Of a stretch of 64,000 nucleotides of DNA, positions 20,909 to 32,936 are shown piece by piece. Below the pieces are notes generated by a model. The model searched no databases, was not told the DNA's origin, and was given only the letters and a program-made list of their open reading frames with translations. The first letter of the stretch is position 1; each line of letters opens with the position of its first letter. Both the position numbers and the translations under genes were made by a program. Source of the stretch: Spirochaetia bacterium (lineage in GTDB: Bacteria; Spirochaetota; Spirochaetia; UBA9216); assembly GCA_963677925.2 (NCBI GenBank), contig CAXXYH010000004.1:96001-160000 (forward strand), given 5' to 3'.

Positions 20909-21835
20909 CTAACTGTATGAAATTCTAGGATCAAGATATCCGTATAGAATATCTACGAGGAAGTTCATTACGACAAGAATCAGAGCATAGACAATAACTG
21001 TACCCATAATCATTGTGTAATCACGGTTAAATGCGGACTGCACAAAGTGGCGCCCGAGCCCGGGAACACGGAATATCTGTTCAACAACAATTGAACCGGT
21101 GATAATTCCGGAAAAAGCCGGGCCGAGATAACTTACAACAGGCAGTGACGCACCTTTAAGAACATGCTTAAGCATTATATATGAAGTCTTCAGGCCCTTG
21201 GCTCTCGCAGTTCTGACATAATCAGATCTGATGGACTCAAGAAAACTTGCCCTGGACAAACGTGCAATTGTAGCAAAATACTGATAGAACAGTGTAATAA
21301 CAGGAAGGATAAGTGCAACAGCTCCCCATTCATCAAGCCATCCGGCGACAGGAAGCAATCCCAATTTTAATGAAAATATAAACATCAGCACCGGACCGAT
21401 AACGAAGGTAGGCACCGAGATCCCCACAACCGCGAACGACATCCAGGTGTAGTCAACCCAGGTGTTCTGCCGGAGTGCCGAGAACATGCCTGCCGCCATA
21501 CCCAGAATTACAGCAAGAACAATTGAAACCGAGCCAAGAATAAGCGAATGCGGCAGGCCCTGTCCAATGTAATAATTTACATCGTAATCCTTATATTTAT
21601 ATGAGGGACCGAAGTCTCCACTCAGAACGCTTACCAGATAACGTCCGTACTGCTGGATGAGCGGTTCATCCATGTGATACTTTTTTTCGATATTTTTCAT
21701 AATCTGGACAGGGATCTTCTTTTCAGAACTGAAAGGCCCGCCCGGCGCGACTCGGATAAGAAAGAAACAGATCGTGATGATGATCAGCATAGTAGGAATT
21801 AAACCGAGAGCGCGTCTAATAATAAATTTAGACAT
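20909..21835 (-). CDS. oppB: Oligopeptide ABC transporter permease
   Basis: APGGPF, GDFGPS, DYVRTARAKGL, LDPRI. Confidence 0.92.
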   Translation of the reverse strand: MSKFIIRRALGLIPTMLIIITICFFLIRVAPGGPFSSEKKIPVQIMKNIEKKYHMDEPLIQQYGRYLVSVLSGDFGPSYKYKDYDVNYYIGQGLPHSLILGSVSIVLAVILGMAAGMFSALRQNTWVDYTWMSFAVVGISVPTFVIGPVLMFIFSLKLGLLPVAGWLDEWGAVALILPVITLFYQYFATIARLSRASFLESIRSDYVRTARAKGLKTSYIMLKHVLKGASLPVVSYLGPAFSGIITGSIVVEQIFRVPGLGRHFVQSAFNRDYTMIMGTVIVYALILVVMNFLVDILYGYLDPRISYS

Positions 21836-21921
21836 ATTTTCCCCTTGTAAAAAACAGTTTGGTTAATTTTCTGTTTTTAGCTGCTTCATTGGTTATGAAG
21901 TTACTTTTCCGTAAACAAGTG

Positions 21922-21950
21922 ATTATATATATGAATTACCGGAATTTCAA
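21922..21950 (-). promoter_or_regulatory. Sigma70-type promoter for oppBCDF
   Basis: TTGAAA-N17-TATAAT on the minus strand. Confidence 0.65.
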
Positions 21951-22027
21951 GGTAAAGATCTGCTGTTCATGGAAATACGGATGCTAATGAACTAAATTCA
22001 GATACATATCTTATTCAGGAGAAAAAC

Positions 22028-23287
22028 ATGATAAGAAAAATAGCCACAGGCTTGGCAGTCTCTGTCATTCTTCTTGCTTTGACAGGCTGTCCCGATTTTG
22101 AAATCCCGGAAGATAATGCGGGCATCATAGATCTGCCTTCCTCAATTGCCTCTGACGCATCTTCAAGAGGCCCGGCATCAAAGGCTGCCAGGACTCCCGA
22201 AGGCGACGCTATAAGCGCTCTTTTCTCGCCGATCAGGGATTATATCGGCTTTGCCAATGATCTTGGACAGCAGCTTGAAGGACTGATTGTAGGACTTCCG
22301 GCTATAGCCGAACTGACCGAATATGCCGAGGCCTCTGCCGGAAGCTACAGCGAAAGCGGCGACAACTACGTGAGCGTAAACAGTGTAAGTGTTGATGATT
22401 ACGATTTACGGGTAAATCTCAGCAGCACTGCTGATGACAGCGGTCTTATTCTGCAGCTCTTTCTTGATTCCTCAGTTGAAAACAAGGAAAAGGGCATGGC
22501 GATTTTTATCACCGACATGGACGGAAGCGACGGCGGAGACGCCGGTGACGAGCAGGTTAAGATAATTTACGACGTCACAGCATCTTCAACCGAACCGGCT
22601 ATGGAGCTGATGGTAGGCGGTGCAGTCGGCGGACATACCGAAAACTGGGCTCCTGATGCCCTTTGGCTGAAAGTATGGAAAAACGATACAACACTCAAAG
22701 TCTGCGGAATAAGCTCACACCCGAATGCGGAACTTCAGACAGACGATATGTTTCTTGATTCAGGAGTTACATCCAGGTACTACATGTTTTCCGGAATAAC
22801 CTATACAAACTCAAATGTAGCAGCAGTACAGGTTGCAATCCCTGTCCAGGAAGTAACCGCTGACTTCTACACAACTTACAGCCCCGGGCAGCTGCTTAAA
22901 GACTATCAGCTTTATGAGATTAAAACAAATAATACCGGAGACTGGGCTAATGCGGCAGATTATCTGTACACGGATCCTGGTGAATATACTTCTTATTTCT
23001 CAACAGCACCTGCCGGATTTGATTCAAACTTCACTGAAGACATGATGATGGATACAATAGATGCATATCAGGCATACCTTAATGCCAGCGGTTCAGGCGT
23101 ATCTGCAGACCTGAGTGCTTATGTTTTTATAGCAAACCTTACAAACCCGGTTTATTTCAGCAGCACCGGATATTATGACCACGGTACAACAGTGCCATCA
23201 GGATATCCGTCAATCAGCAACGCACCCGCCGAATCAAACTGGGTTATACCCGATAATATCGATGCGCTTTCCATCACCTTCGAATAG
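22028..23287 (+). CDS. Hypothetical acidic lipoprotein
   Basis: RBS AGGAG; lipoprotein signal LLALTG|CPD; 419 aa, Ser/Thr/Asp/Tyr rich. Confidence 0.75.
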   Translation: MIRKIATGLAVSVILLALTGCPDFEIPEDNAGIIDLPSSIASDASSRGPASKAARTPEGDAISALFSPIRDYIGFANDLGQQLEGLIVGLPAIAELTEYAEASAGSYSESGDNYVSVNSVSVDDYDLRVNLSSTADDSGLILQLFLDSSVENKEKGMAIFITDMDGSDGGDAGDEQVKIIYDVTASSTEPAMELMVGGAVGGHTENWAPDALWLKVWKNDTTLKVCGISSHPNAELQTDDMFLDSGVTSRYYMFSGITYTNSNVAAVQVAIPVQEVTADFYTTYSPGQLLKDYQLYEIKTNNTGDWANAADYLYTDPGEYTSYFSTAPAGFDSNFTEDMMMDTIDAYQAYLNASGSGVSADLSAYVFIANLTNPVYFSSTGYYDHGTTVPSGYPSISNAPAESNWVIPDNIDALSITFE

Positions 23288-23326
23288 AAACTTATAAAAC
23301 AAACCAACAGATATTTATGAGGACAC

Positions 23327-23361
23327 AAAAAAGGCAGCTTCCGGTAGGGAGCTGCCTTTTT
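23327..23361. terminator. Bidirectional intrinsic terminator
   Basis: AAAAAAGGCAGCTT...GGAGCTGCCTTTTT; second hairpin CGGCGGA-AAGA-TCCGCCG at 23370-23387. Confidence 0.8.
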
Positions 23362-23395
23362 ATTTGACCCGGCGGAAAGATCCGCCGTGATAGTC

Positions 23396-25021
23396 TTATT
23401 TCTTGTAGATAGCCTTCCAGGGATGAATATCCTGTACTGTTTCGTACCATCCGCCCCATACGTCAGTGTCAATCCAGTTAGCTGATGAATAGTAGTAGAA
23501 AGGCATAACAGCCATGTCTTCACCGATTGCAAGTTCTTCAGCTTTTCTGAGTACGTCAAATCTTGCTTTTCCGCCGGGCATTGTTGCTGCTTCTGCGAGA
23601 AGAGCATCAAATTCAGCACTGTTGTACTTACCGTCATTGTTTCCTGAACCTGAGTAAAGGAGGTCAGTGAGGAAGGTATTAGGATCAACATAGTCTCCCT
23701 GCCAACCGGCACGGGCTACGTCGAAGTTCTGATTCTGTCTGTTGTCAAGGAAGGTTGCCCATTCCTGGTTTTCAATCTGTACATTGATTCCAAGAACTTC
23801 AGCCCATTTCTGCTGTACATACTGAGCTATGTTTTTGTGACCTTCACTTGTGTTGTAAATAATTGTTGTTTCAGGGAAACCTGCTCCGCCGGGGAAACCA
23901 GCTTCAGCAAGAAGAGCCTTTGCTTCTTCAACATCTTCTTCAAATCCAACAACTGCAGGGTAAAGACCTGGAAGAGGAGGAGTAAGACCGAAAGCAGGGA
24001 ACTGACCGCCTCTGGTAACCTTGTCAACAAGTTCCTGTCTGTCGATAGCCATTGCAAGAGCTTTTCTTACACGGACATCATCAAAAGGAGCCTTGGTCAT
24101 GTTGAACTCGTAGTAGTAAGTAATAAAAGAAGCGTTTGTTCTGTATCCCTTATCGAGCTTCATTTCATCAAGTCTGTTCGGAGGAGTTTCCTGCAGCCAG
24201 TTAATCTCACCGTTCAGATACATGTTTGTAGCTGTATTCTGATCATCAATCGGGAAGAAAACGATCTGGTCGAGTTTTACATTTCCCTTGTCCCAGTAAG
24301 TTTCACTCTTTTCAACGATAATCTTATCCTGTGGAGTCCAGCTTACGAGGTTGAAAGGACCGTTTGAAACCATATTTTCAGGTCTGGTCCATGCGTCACC
24401 GTATTTTTCAATTGCATGCATAGGAACTACAGCAAATGCGTAATGTGAAAGCATACCAAGTACGTAAGGTGCGGGTCCAGTAAGGTCGAACTGGAATGTA
24501 TAGTCATCAAGAGCTCTGATTGCTACTGCATCAGGTCCGGCTTCACCGGCATTGTATTCTGCAGCACCCTTAATTACCATTGCTGGAAGGTATGCATATA
24601 CAGCTGCTGTTTCAGGTGCCATGAATCTGAGCCAGGAATCAACAAACTGCTGAGCAGTTATCTTTGTTCCGTCTGACCAAACTGCGTTCTTTCTAAGGTG
24701 GAAAGTCCAAGTCAGTGAATCATCAGATACTTCCCAGCTTTCAGCTGTTCCGGGAATAGCATCAAGAGATTCCGGGTCATAGGTTACAAGGCCTTCAAAA
24801 AGCGCCATGTAAAGGTTGTGCTCAGGTACACCTTCGATAACGGCAGGATCCAGTGATTCCGGTTCTGCTCCGTTGTCAAACTTAAATACTACCGGTTCAG
24901 CCATAGGTGCGGGTGCCGCTTCAGTACCGGTAGAAGCTTCCTGCTTACCGCCTGCAAAGGTAAAGGCAGGAACGATCATCAGGATCAGCAGTGCTGCAAC
25001 AATCAGTTTTTTCATTTTCAT
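23396..25021 (-). CDS. oppA: Oligopeptide ABC transporter substrate-binding protein
   Basis: EPESLDP, LFEGLV, WSDG, SNGPF, RAGWQGDY; signal peptide FAGGKQE. Confidence 0.92.
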   Translation of the reverse strand: MKMKKLIVAALLILMIVPAFTFAGGKQEASTGTEAAPAPMAEPVVFKFDNGAEPESLDPAVIEGVPEHNLYMALFEGLVTYDPESLDAIPGTAESWEVSDDSLTWTFHLRKNAVWSDGTKITAQQFVDSWLRFMAPETAAVYAYLPAMVIKGAAEYNAGEAGPDAVAIRALDDYTFQFDLTGPAPYVLGMLSHYAFAVVPMHAIEKYGDAWTRPENMVSNGPFNLVSWTPQDKIIVEKSETYWDKGNVKLDQIVFFPIDDQNTATNMYLNGEINWLQETPPNRLDEMKLDKGYRTNASFITYYYEFNMTKAPFDDVRVRKALAMAIDRQELVDKVTRGGQFPAFGLTPPLPGLYPAVVGFEEDVEEAKALLAEAGFPGGAGFPETTIIYNTSEGHKNIAQYVQQKWAEVLGINVQIENQEWATFLDNRQNQNFDVARAGWQGDYVDPNTFLTDLLYSGSGNNDGKYNSAEFDALLAEAATMPGGKARFDVLRKAEELAIGEDMAVMPFYYYSSANWIDTDVWGGWYETVQDIHPWKAIYKK

Positions 25022-25127
25022 GAAATTCTCCTTTTGAATTTTTGTTTTACGATCTAACAGTTTAATTTATTTTAACTCACTTGCCAAGAATAAATTTTCT
25101 GCGGTTTATAAAGTAATAATTTTGAGG

Positions 25128-26822
25128 TTAGAAGTCACTATTAATCAGTTTTTTACATTCAGAATGGACATTCTCAACCGGAACACGCCATGTCTTCCGG
25201 GTTTTTCTTTCATAAAACTCTGCATTTCCGTCCTCAAGACTCTTTGTTGAGATAACAATCCTGTATGGAATTCCAAGCAGATCAAAATCCTTAAACTTAA
25301 CACCTATGGATTCATGACGGTCGTCAAACAGAACCATTGACCCGAGATCCTCGGCTAGTGAATCAACAACCTTTTTAACCCTGAGAGATTTCCCGATCCC
25401 CATAAGGTAGAAGCAGTATGGAGTAAGTTCCATCGGCCAGATAATTCCCTGCTCATCATGGTTTGCCTCTACCACAGCGGCCATAAGCCGGCCAAGGCCT
25501 ATACCGTAGGAACCCATGTGCGGATAGCCTACTCCGCCGTTTTCTTCAGTAAAGGACAGGCCAATTGATTTTGAGTAAAAATCACCCAGTTTGAAAACAT
25601 TCCCGACTTCAAGCGCGGCAAACTCTTTCATCGGGGTTTCACACTGAGTGCAGAGATCCTTTGCGTGAATACTTACAATATCACCTATCAGTTCACTTTC
25701 AAAATCACGCCCGAAATTGGCATTTACTATATGTTTGCCGGGTTTATCTGCACCTACAACAAGATTAGCGGACTGGGCTACAAGATCATCAACAACATGC
25801 CGGAATCCGGTAATCTCGGCGGACGGAAATAAAAACCCGGGCTGCAGTCCGAAAGAGGCAACCTCATCCTGAGTGGCCGGGCCGATGACAGGTTCTTCCA
25901 GAAACCTGGAGAGCTTTTCATTGCTGATTTCATAATCAGCTCTGTAGGTTACAAGAACCCAGTCTTTCAGGGTTTTGTACAGGGAAGTGACAGCTATCCG
26001 CGGCAGGGGGATTTTTAAGGCCCTGGCCAGATCATGTACCCCGGCATACTGGGGTGAATTGATTTCACTGGACATCACAGGAATTTCATTGATGATTGAT
26101 TTCTTGCCGACTGCTATATCACGATTAGCAGTGTATCCGCATGACGGACAGGTAATTACACGAGCGTCACCTATTTCACTCGGCATAAGAAATTCATAGG
26201 CCCTGTCCCCTGAAAGAGAACCGACTGCAGATTCCGCCGTAACAAAGGGCACCTGACATCGCTCAAAAATCTTTTCGTAGGCTTTAAAAACTTTCGGAAA
26301 AAAGATATTGAGATCAACATAGGACCGGTGGAAGGAATAGGCATCGTTCATAACAAATTCTTTTGCCCTGAACAGTCCGTTCTTAACTTTTTCTTCATCC
26401 CTGTACTTAGTCTGGAACTGATAAAGAAATCTGGGGACATCACGATAGCTATTAATGGCCATTCGTGCAATCTGGGTGATAGGTTCAAGATGACTTGTTG
26501 AAAGTACTAGATTATGTCCTGTGCGGTCTGAAAACCTGATAAGCTCACGGCCTATAAGCTGGTCTCTTCCTGTTTTCTTCCAGAGATTCTGCGGGACCAC
26601 AAGCGGAAGTTCAATTTCCTGACCGCCTAAATTCTCAAGTTCTTCACGAATTACGCCCTTAAGCTTGTCCATAACCCTCATTCCAAGCGGCATCATGGCA
26701 AAAAGACCGGGTCCGACCGATCTTATGTACCCGCCCCTGTGGAGAAGGGAAAAACTTGCAGCCTTTGCCTTGCCGGAGCTGTGTCTGAGAGTGTTATTAC
26801 CAAAGAGACTTGAATATTTCAT
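25128..26822 (-). CDS. Prolyl-tRNA synthetase-like protein (bacterial type with INS domain), divergent active site
   Basis: Motif 2 KYRDE...REF-like RAKEFVMNDAYSF, motif 3 GSYGIGLGR, anticodon domain DDR..GVKF.D.DLLGIP; the TXE motif reads SHL. Confidence 0.8.
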   Translation of the reverse strand: MKYSSLFGNNTLRHSSGKAKAASFSLLHRGGYIRSVGPGLFAMMPLGMRVMDKLKGVIREELENLGGQEIELPLVVPQNLWKKTGRDQLIGRELIRFSDRTGHNLVLSTSHLEPITQIARMAINSYRDVPRFLYQFQTKYRDEEKVKNGLFRAKEFVMNDAYSFHRSYVDLNIFFPKVFKAYEKIFERCQVPFVTAESAVGSLSGDRAYEFLMPSEIGDARVITCPSCGYTANRDIAVGKKSIINEIPVMSSEINSPQYAGVHDLARALKIPLPRIAVTSLYKTLKDWVLVTYRADYEISNEKLSRFLEEPVIGPATQDEVASFGLQPGFLFPSAEITGFRHVVDDLVAQSANLVVGADKPGKHIVNANFGRDFESELIGDIVSIHAKDLCTQCETPMKEFAALEVGNVFKLGDFYSKSIGLSFTEENGGVGYPHMGSYGIGLGRLMAAVVEANHDEQGIIWPMELTPYCFYLMGIGKSLRVKKVVDSLAEDLGSMVLFDDRHESIGVKFKDFDLLGIPYRIVISTKSLEDGNAEFYERKTRKTWRVPVENVHSECKKLINSDF

Positions 26823-26969
26823 AGCTTTATTAATTCTAATATAAAATCAGCGGAAATACAGCAATTTTCTCATGAAGTGTAGAAAGAACAGGCTCAAAGC
26901 TTGACATTTGTCCTTATTATCAGGATCCTTACAATATAAATGAACTAAGGAATATTTTTTAAGGAGTGA

Positions 26970-28268
<1,299 letters not shown>

Positions 28269-28326
28269 CGAAATAAAACTTCGTTTTGTTTCAGGATTTT
28301 TTGATGAATAAAAATCCACAGCAAAC

Positions 28327-28360
28327 AAAAGCCGCATCCTTCACGGATAGCGGCTTTTTT
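28327..28360. terminator. Bidirectional terminator between eno and the MCP gene
   Basis: AAAAGCCGC..ATCC/GGAT..GCGGCTTTTTT. Confidence 0.75.
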
Positions 28361-28384
28361 ATTATATACTGAATAAGAGCCTGT

Positions 28385-30598
28385 TCAGGTTTCCTCAGTC
28401 TTATCAGTTTTAAACTGTCCGAAATTATCTTTCAGTTCTTCAACTATATCACCCAGCTCCTGTGAGAAATCCACCATCTGCTGCATTGCCCTGACAATTT
28501 CACGCGCTCCTGTGTTTGATTCGGCCATACCGGTTGAAACCCTGGACGAAACTTCCTTTATCTGCATTGAACTGTTCTGCATCAGCGATGTTCCGGATTT
28601 TATTTCAGCGGATCCGCTTCTGATGGACAGAGTAACTTCGTTAATCTGGTTGGTTGATTCAAGGATCTGCTGACCGCCGATGTTAAGCTCACTCACCGAC
28701 TGCTCTATTTCCGAGAAGGCATTTACAGTATCATCAACTTCTGCAGATATCCTGTCAAATGCCTGAGTAGTTTCAGCAACATTTTTATCTGTTTCAAGCA
28801 CTGAACTGGTTATATCCTTGATACTCTTGGAAATAGCCTTCGCAGAATTTCCAGCAGAATCTGCAAGCTTCCTGATTTCCTCTGCAACTACTGCAAAACC
28901 CTTTCCGGAATCTCCGGCATGCGCAGCCTCTATGGCAGCATTCATTGAAAGCAGATTAGTCTGTGCAGCAATCCCATTAATTGCGGAAGCCATCTCCTGA
29001 ATTTGATTGATATGCTCGACTACACTTTTAAATGCGGAAGCCGTCTCTTCAATCTTAGTCCTTCCATCCGATGCCACAGCAGCCAGGGCTACGGTAGTCT
29101 GTTTCTTATTCTGTGCTACATGATTAACACTGCCAAGAGAGGCCATCATCTGGGTGATGGCTGCAGTAGACTGCTCAACCATTGAAGACTGACTGATTAT
29201 CTGCTCATCGACTGATGATATATTTCTGGTAACCTGCTCAATAGCAGCAACCGTCTCATTGATATTATTATCAAGAATATCTATCTGCCCGCTTATTGAT
29301 TCAAGATTTGCACTGATTTCTTCGATAGCTGTAGAGGTTTCTTCCGCGGAAGCTACTACATTCTGTTTAATCAGGAAGGTATTTCCTATTACCCCCTTTA
29401 AATCATTCATCAAAGTACATAGTTTAAGAACAAATTCGTTGAAGTTTTTCGCCATTCCCCCTATTTCATCCTTTGTCAGAACAGGCATCTCAACTGTTAG
29501 ATCTGCATCAGCTGCAGCAAGATTTGCAAGATTACTGCCCATCTCAATAAGCGGCTTAATCATCAGTCTTGAGTAGATAAGATAAACTACAATCTGCAGA
29601 ATCAGCAGACCTGCTATAAATGCAAGAATAGGCGGTAAAACGGAACCGGTTACAATTTTTGTAATCTCACTGATCGGGGTTGATATAAACAGACCCCATC
29701 TTGTTCCCGGAATTTGAAATGAATTAATCAAAGACTTTCCGAAAGGCGTCGTTCCCTGAAAGAAATAACTGAAATCAGTTGAAACATGATTAACAAATTC
29801 GGCAATGTCAGCTTCTTTAAAGCCGAGAATCACCGCAATAGATTCCAGTGTAAGCATGTTTTCAGGATCAAAAAAATATTCTTCCTCACCGTTAGGATTC
29901 CAGATAAAGAAACCTCCGACCCTGTCGTAGATGCCAATCGTCTTTCCGGTTGATTCCATCACAGTTTTTAGTATTCTTATGATAGGATCCAGCTGATAAT
30001 TAAGCGCAAGAATCCCTGCTGCGTTTCCTGATTCATCTGTCACACCCAGAGCGACGGTTATTACAATTTTCGGGGCAGCTCCCTGTTCAGCCGAAACCCT
30101 TGGCTGGCTGATAAACGGTTCACCCGGGTAGGCAAGCGCGCCATCATAGTAGTCCCGCTTTCTGACATCAAAGCCTTCGCCTATCTGCACATCACGCCCG
30201 AGAAGAATTCCTGTTGTCTTAGTACCTGAAGCGAACACCAGATCAATATCAGTCCACTTAATTGCATATTCCATTCGCTTACTTAGCTCTGCCGCACCCT
30301 CTAATTCTATAAAATCATCATTATCAAGACCATCAGGGACCTGATCCAGCCTTTTTAGAACCTCAGCTGTCTCAGGATCAGCCGCAAGATTCCGCAGAAG
30401 CTCAAAACTTTTAATCATCTCGGACTTTACTTCCATTGCTGAGGATATCCCTTCCGCAAGTAGAAGCTCTTTTTCCTTATCGCCGAAACTGTTAGCCTGA
30501 ATAATATACATAAAAACGGAGAATATTCCCGCCACAAGCAAAGGCAGTACGATAGATAATACAATAATATTCTGTTTAACCGATCTTTTGCTCATCAA
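28385..30598 (-). CDS. Methyl-accepting chemotaxis protein (Cache-type sensor, HAMP)
   Basis: Two TM helices; DEIG HAMP; [34 protein letters not shown]. Confidence 0.95.
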   Translation of the reverse strand: MMSKRSVKQNIIVLSIVLPLLVAGIFSVFMYIIQANSFGDKEKELLLAEGISSAMEVKSEMIKSFELLRNLAADPETAEVLKRLDQVPDGLDNDDFIELEGAAELSKRMEYAIKWTDIDLVFASGTKTTGILLGRDVQIGEGFDVRKRDYYDGALAYPGEPFISQPRVSAEQGAAPKIVITVALGVTDESGNAAGILALNYQLDPIIRILKTVMESTGKTIGIYDRVGGFFIWNPNGEEEYFFDPENMLTLESIAVILGFKEADIAEFVNHVSTDFSYFFQGTTPFGKSLINSFQIPGTRWGLFISTPISEITKIVTGSVLPPILAFIAGLLILQIVVYLIYSRLMIKPLIEMGSNLANLAAADADLTVEMPVLTKDEIGGMAKNFNEFVLKLCTLMNDLKGVIGNTFLIKQNVVASAEETSTAIEEISANLESISGQIDILDNNINETVAAIEQVTRNISSVDEQIISQSSMVEQSTAAITQMMASLGSVNHVAQNKKQTTVALAAVASDGRTKIEETASAFKSVVEHINQIQEMASAINGIAAQTNLLSMNAAIEAAHAGDSGKGFAVVAEEIRKLADSAGNSAKAISKSIKDITSSVLETDKNVAETTQAFDRISAEVDDTVNAFSEIEQSVSELNIGGQQILESTNQINEVTLSIRSGSAEIKSGTSLMQNSSMQIKEVSSRVSTGMAESNTGAREIVRAMQQMVDFSQELGDIVEELKDNFGQFKTDKTEET

Positions 30599-30716
30599 AA
30601 AAGATCTCCTTATAATTATATCTACTTATATTTTAGGAATTGAATGGGGCGAATACAAATAATTAGGTAACTTTTTTACTTATAATTAAATAACAAAAAA
30701 GAATTTAAATATGGAA

Positions 30717-31004
30717 TCAGTAATCAATAGTGAATCTAAGGTAGGTTTCTAAAGGAGTTTTAGTGATTTTTGTGATACCGGTTATATAAGACATCGACGG
30801 CCCGCCTTTCTCAAGCCATTTGAGAAAAGAAGCCGTTTTTTCAGACAGACCTTCAAAGTACAGGCTCACCGAACCATCCGGCTCATTTCGGACCCATCCG
30901 GTCAGTCCAAGACGTGAAGCCTCTCTCTGTGCAGAGTATCTGAATCCGACCCCCTGCACACGTCCGGTTATATTCAGTCTGTATGCTCTGAGTTTTCCGT
31001 CCAT
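30717..31004 (-). CDS. acyP: Acylphosphatase
   Basis: GRVQGVGFR and GWVRNEPDGSV. Confidence 0.92.
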   Translation of the reverse strand: MDGKLRAYRLNITGRVQGVGFRYSAQREASRLGLTGWVRNEPDGSVSLYFEGLSEKTASFLKWLEKGGPSMSYITGITKITKTPLETYLRFTIDY

Positions 31005-31657
31005 TCTATACCTGTATCCTCAATGTATTTTTTAATTTCCCGGTAGGAAAACCCTCTGCGGCCAAGATGATTTGTCAGCTTCTCCCGGGTGACGCCGCTG
31101 CGTCTGAGGTACTTTTCCGCGGCTCTTGCCAGTGCATCGGCAGCTGAAGCTTCAGAATAATATATTCCGGCAACCTCTTCTGCAAGATTCCGGTCAACGC
31201 CTTTTGAAACCAGTCCGCCTATCAGGCTGCCTAAACCTTCGGGATGCCTTCGAAGCCTTGATTCAACCCAGGCATGAGCAAAGCGCCTGTCATCGGCAGA
31301 ACCTTCAGCTTCAAGCTCTGACACAGCAATATTTGCTGTCTGCTGCTCAAAGCCTTTCTGACGAAGCTTAAGGACCAGCTCCGCGACACTATGCTCTCTT
31401 CTGGCAAGGAATTCGAGAGCTTTCTGCTTTGCAGTCAACTTTTCCGAATATGTTTTTAGTTCTTCAACCTCTGCAGCACTCAGACTGTCCCCGAAGGCCA
31501 GGCCAAAATGCTTTATAACTCCGGGATGAATAAAAAAAGAGGAGCCGTCTGAAAAGCCGATTTGTACGGCTTTTCCGATAGCTCCTCTCTCGATACTCGA
31601 AACAGTGAGTTTAACGCTTTGAGAACTGGAATTTTCTTCTTGCGCCTCTCTGGCCAT
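30974..31657 (-). CDS. recX: Regulatory protein RecX
   Basis: [37 protein letters not shown]; start codon lies inside rpsI (uncertain). Confidence 0.85.
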   Translation of the reverse strand: MAREAQEENSSSQSVKLTVSSIERGAIGKAVQIGFSDGSSFFIHPGVIKHFGLAFGDSLSAAEVEELKTYSEKLTAKQKALEFLARREHSVAELVLKLRQKGFEQQTANIAVSELEAEGSADDRRFAHAWVESRLRRHPEGLGSLIGGLVSKGVDRNLAEEVAGIYYSEASAADALARAAEKYLRRSGVTREKLTNHLGRRGFSYREIKKYIEDTGIEWTENSEHTD

Positions 31658-32003
31658 ATTTCTTTCTTTCAACCATTCTCGGGTCTCGAGTAAGGAATCC
31701 GTTAGACTTCAGTGCTGATGTGTTTGAAGCATCTACAGACTGAAGGGCTCTTGCAAGTCCGTGTCTGCATGCACCGGCCTGTCCGGTTACTCCGCCGCCT
31801 CTAACTGTTATTACTATATCATACTTTGTAAGACTGTCAGTAACATCGAGGGGCTGTTTTACGATAAATACATTGATAGGATTTGAAAAATAGGTTTCAA
31901 CATCCTTACCGTTTACAGTTATTTTTCCGCTGCCGCTTCTGAGATAAACTCTGGCAACTGAAGTCTTTCTTCTACCTGTACCTAAAGCAAGATTTTCTGC
32001 CAC
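31611..32003 (-). CDS. rpsI: 30S ribosomal protein S9
   Basis: [31 protein letters not shown]. Confidence 0.98.
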   Translation of the reverse strand: MAENLALGTGRRKTSVARVYLRSGSGKITVNGKDVETYFSNPINVFIVKQPLDVTDSLTKYDIVITVRGGGVTGQAGACRHGLARALQSVDASNTSALKSNGFLTRDPRMVERKKYGQRGARRKFQFSKR

Positions 32004-32018
32004 TATTCAACTCCTGTC

Positions 32019-32444
32019 TTATTCAATAACCACGGGCTTCTGAGCCGCATGCGGATGTTCTGATCCTGCATAAACTTTCATATTCTTGAAAAGTTTTCTG
32101 CCCATAGGACCCTTCGGAAGCATACCCTTAACGGCGGCTTCAATAGGGAAAGTCGGTTTCTTTGCAATCATATTGCTGAAATTTTCAACCCTGATACCGC
32201 CGGGGAAGCCGGTGTGACGGTAATAAAGCTTATTGTTAGCCTTGTTTCCGCTTACTTCAATCTTGTCTGCATTAATGATTATTACGTAATCCCCAAGTTC
32301 ATGGTAGGGAACAAATTCCGGTTTATGTTTTCCTCTGAGCAGTTCAACAGCCTTAACAGCGACTCTACCGAGCCTTTTGCCTTCGGCGTCGATGATCCAC
32401 CATTTTCGGTCAACATCTTTTGGTTTTACATATATTGTATCCAT
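32019..32444 (-). CDS. rplM: 50S ribosomal protein L13
   Basis: WWIIDA, LRGKHKP, AVKGMLPK, HPHAAQKP. Confidence 0.98.
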   Translation of the reverse strand: MDTIYVKPKDVDRKWWIIDAEGKRLGRVAVKAVELLRGKHKPEFVPYHELGDYVIIINADKIEVSGNKANNKLYYRHTGFPGGIRVENFSNMIAKKPTFPIEAAVKGMLPKGPMGRKLFKNMKVYAGSEHPHAAQKPVVIE

Positions 32445-32503
32445 CAGTCTGCCTTTAATTCAATTAGTTTGTAAACTTCTAAAAATCGTAACGGGTGACT
32501 CGA

Positions 32504-32532
32504 ATAATTCCATATTTAGATGATATTGTCAA
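32504..32532 (-). promoter_or_regulatory. Sigma70-type promoter of rplM-rpsI
   Basis: TTGACA-N17-AATTAT with a TG extension. Confidence 0.55.
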
Positions 32533-32579
32533 GGGACAGAACTGCCGGAGGAAAATTAATTACTTATTACACAAGGAAT

Positions 32580-32810
32580 TCAGTCTTTTTTAGAAGCAGC
32601 TTCAGCCTCCGCGTCTTTCTTTGCCTGCCTTACATCCTTCAGGTCTGTTATACCCACAAAAACAGCAATAATCCCTATAAATAAGGCAATAACGGGCACA
32701 AGACCTCTAAGAACATACAGAAGCTCCTTCCACCACCCGAGACCAGGGGAAGGGATAGCCGCGAATACAGCAAAGAGAGATAAAACTATTCCGATAATCA
32801 GAGCTTTCAT
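32580..32810 (-). CDS. Small membrane protein (2 TM, charged tail)
   Basis: RBS GGAGG; hydrophobic hairpin; GITDLKD motif. Confidence 0.75.
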   Translation of the reverse strand: MKALIIGIVLSLFAVFAAIPSPGLGWWKELLYVLRGLVPVIALFIGIIAVFVGITDLKDVRQAKKDAEAEAASKKD

Positions 32811-32936
32811 GATCTTCCTCCGTTTTGACTAACAATATCCAAATACTGAGCATTCCGCAATAGGAATTCACAGGCTGTCCCTATAATGTTTGCCTTTAGA
32901 AAATAATACTGTTATTTTCTTTTTACGGGGAACTGT

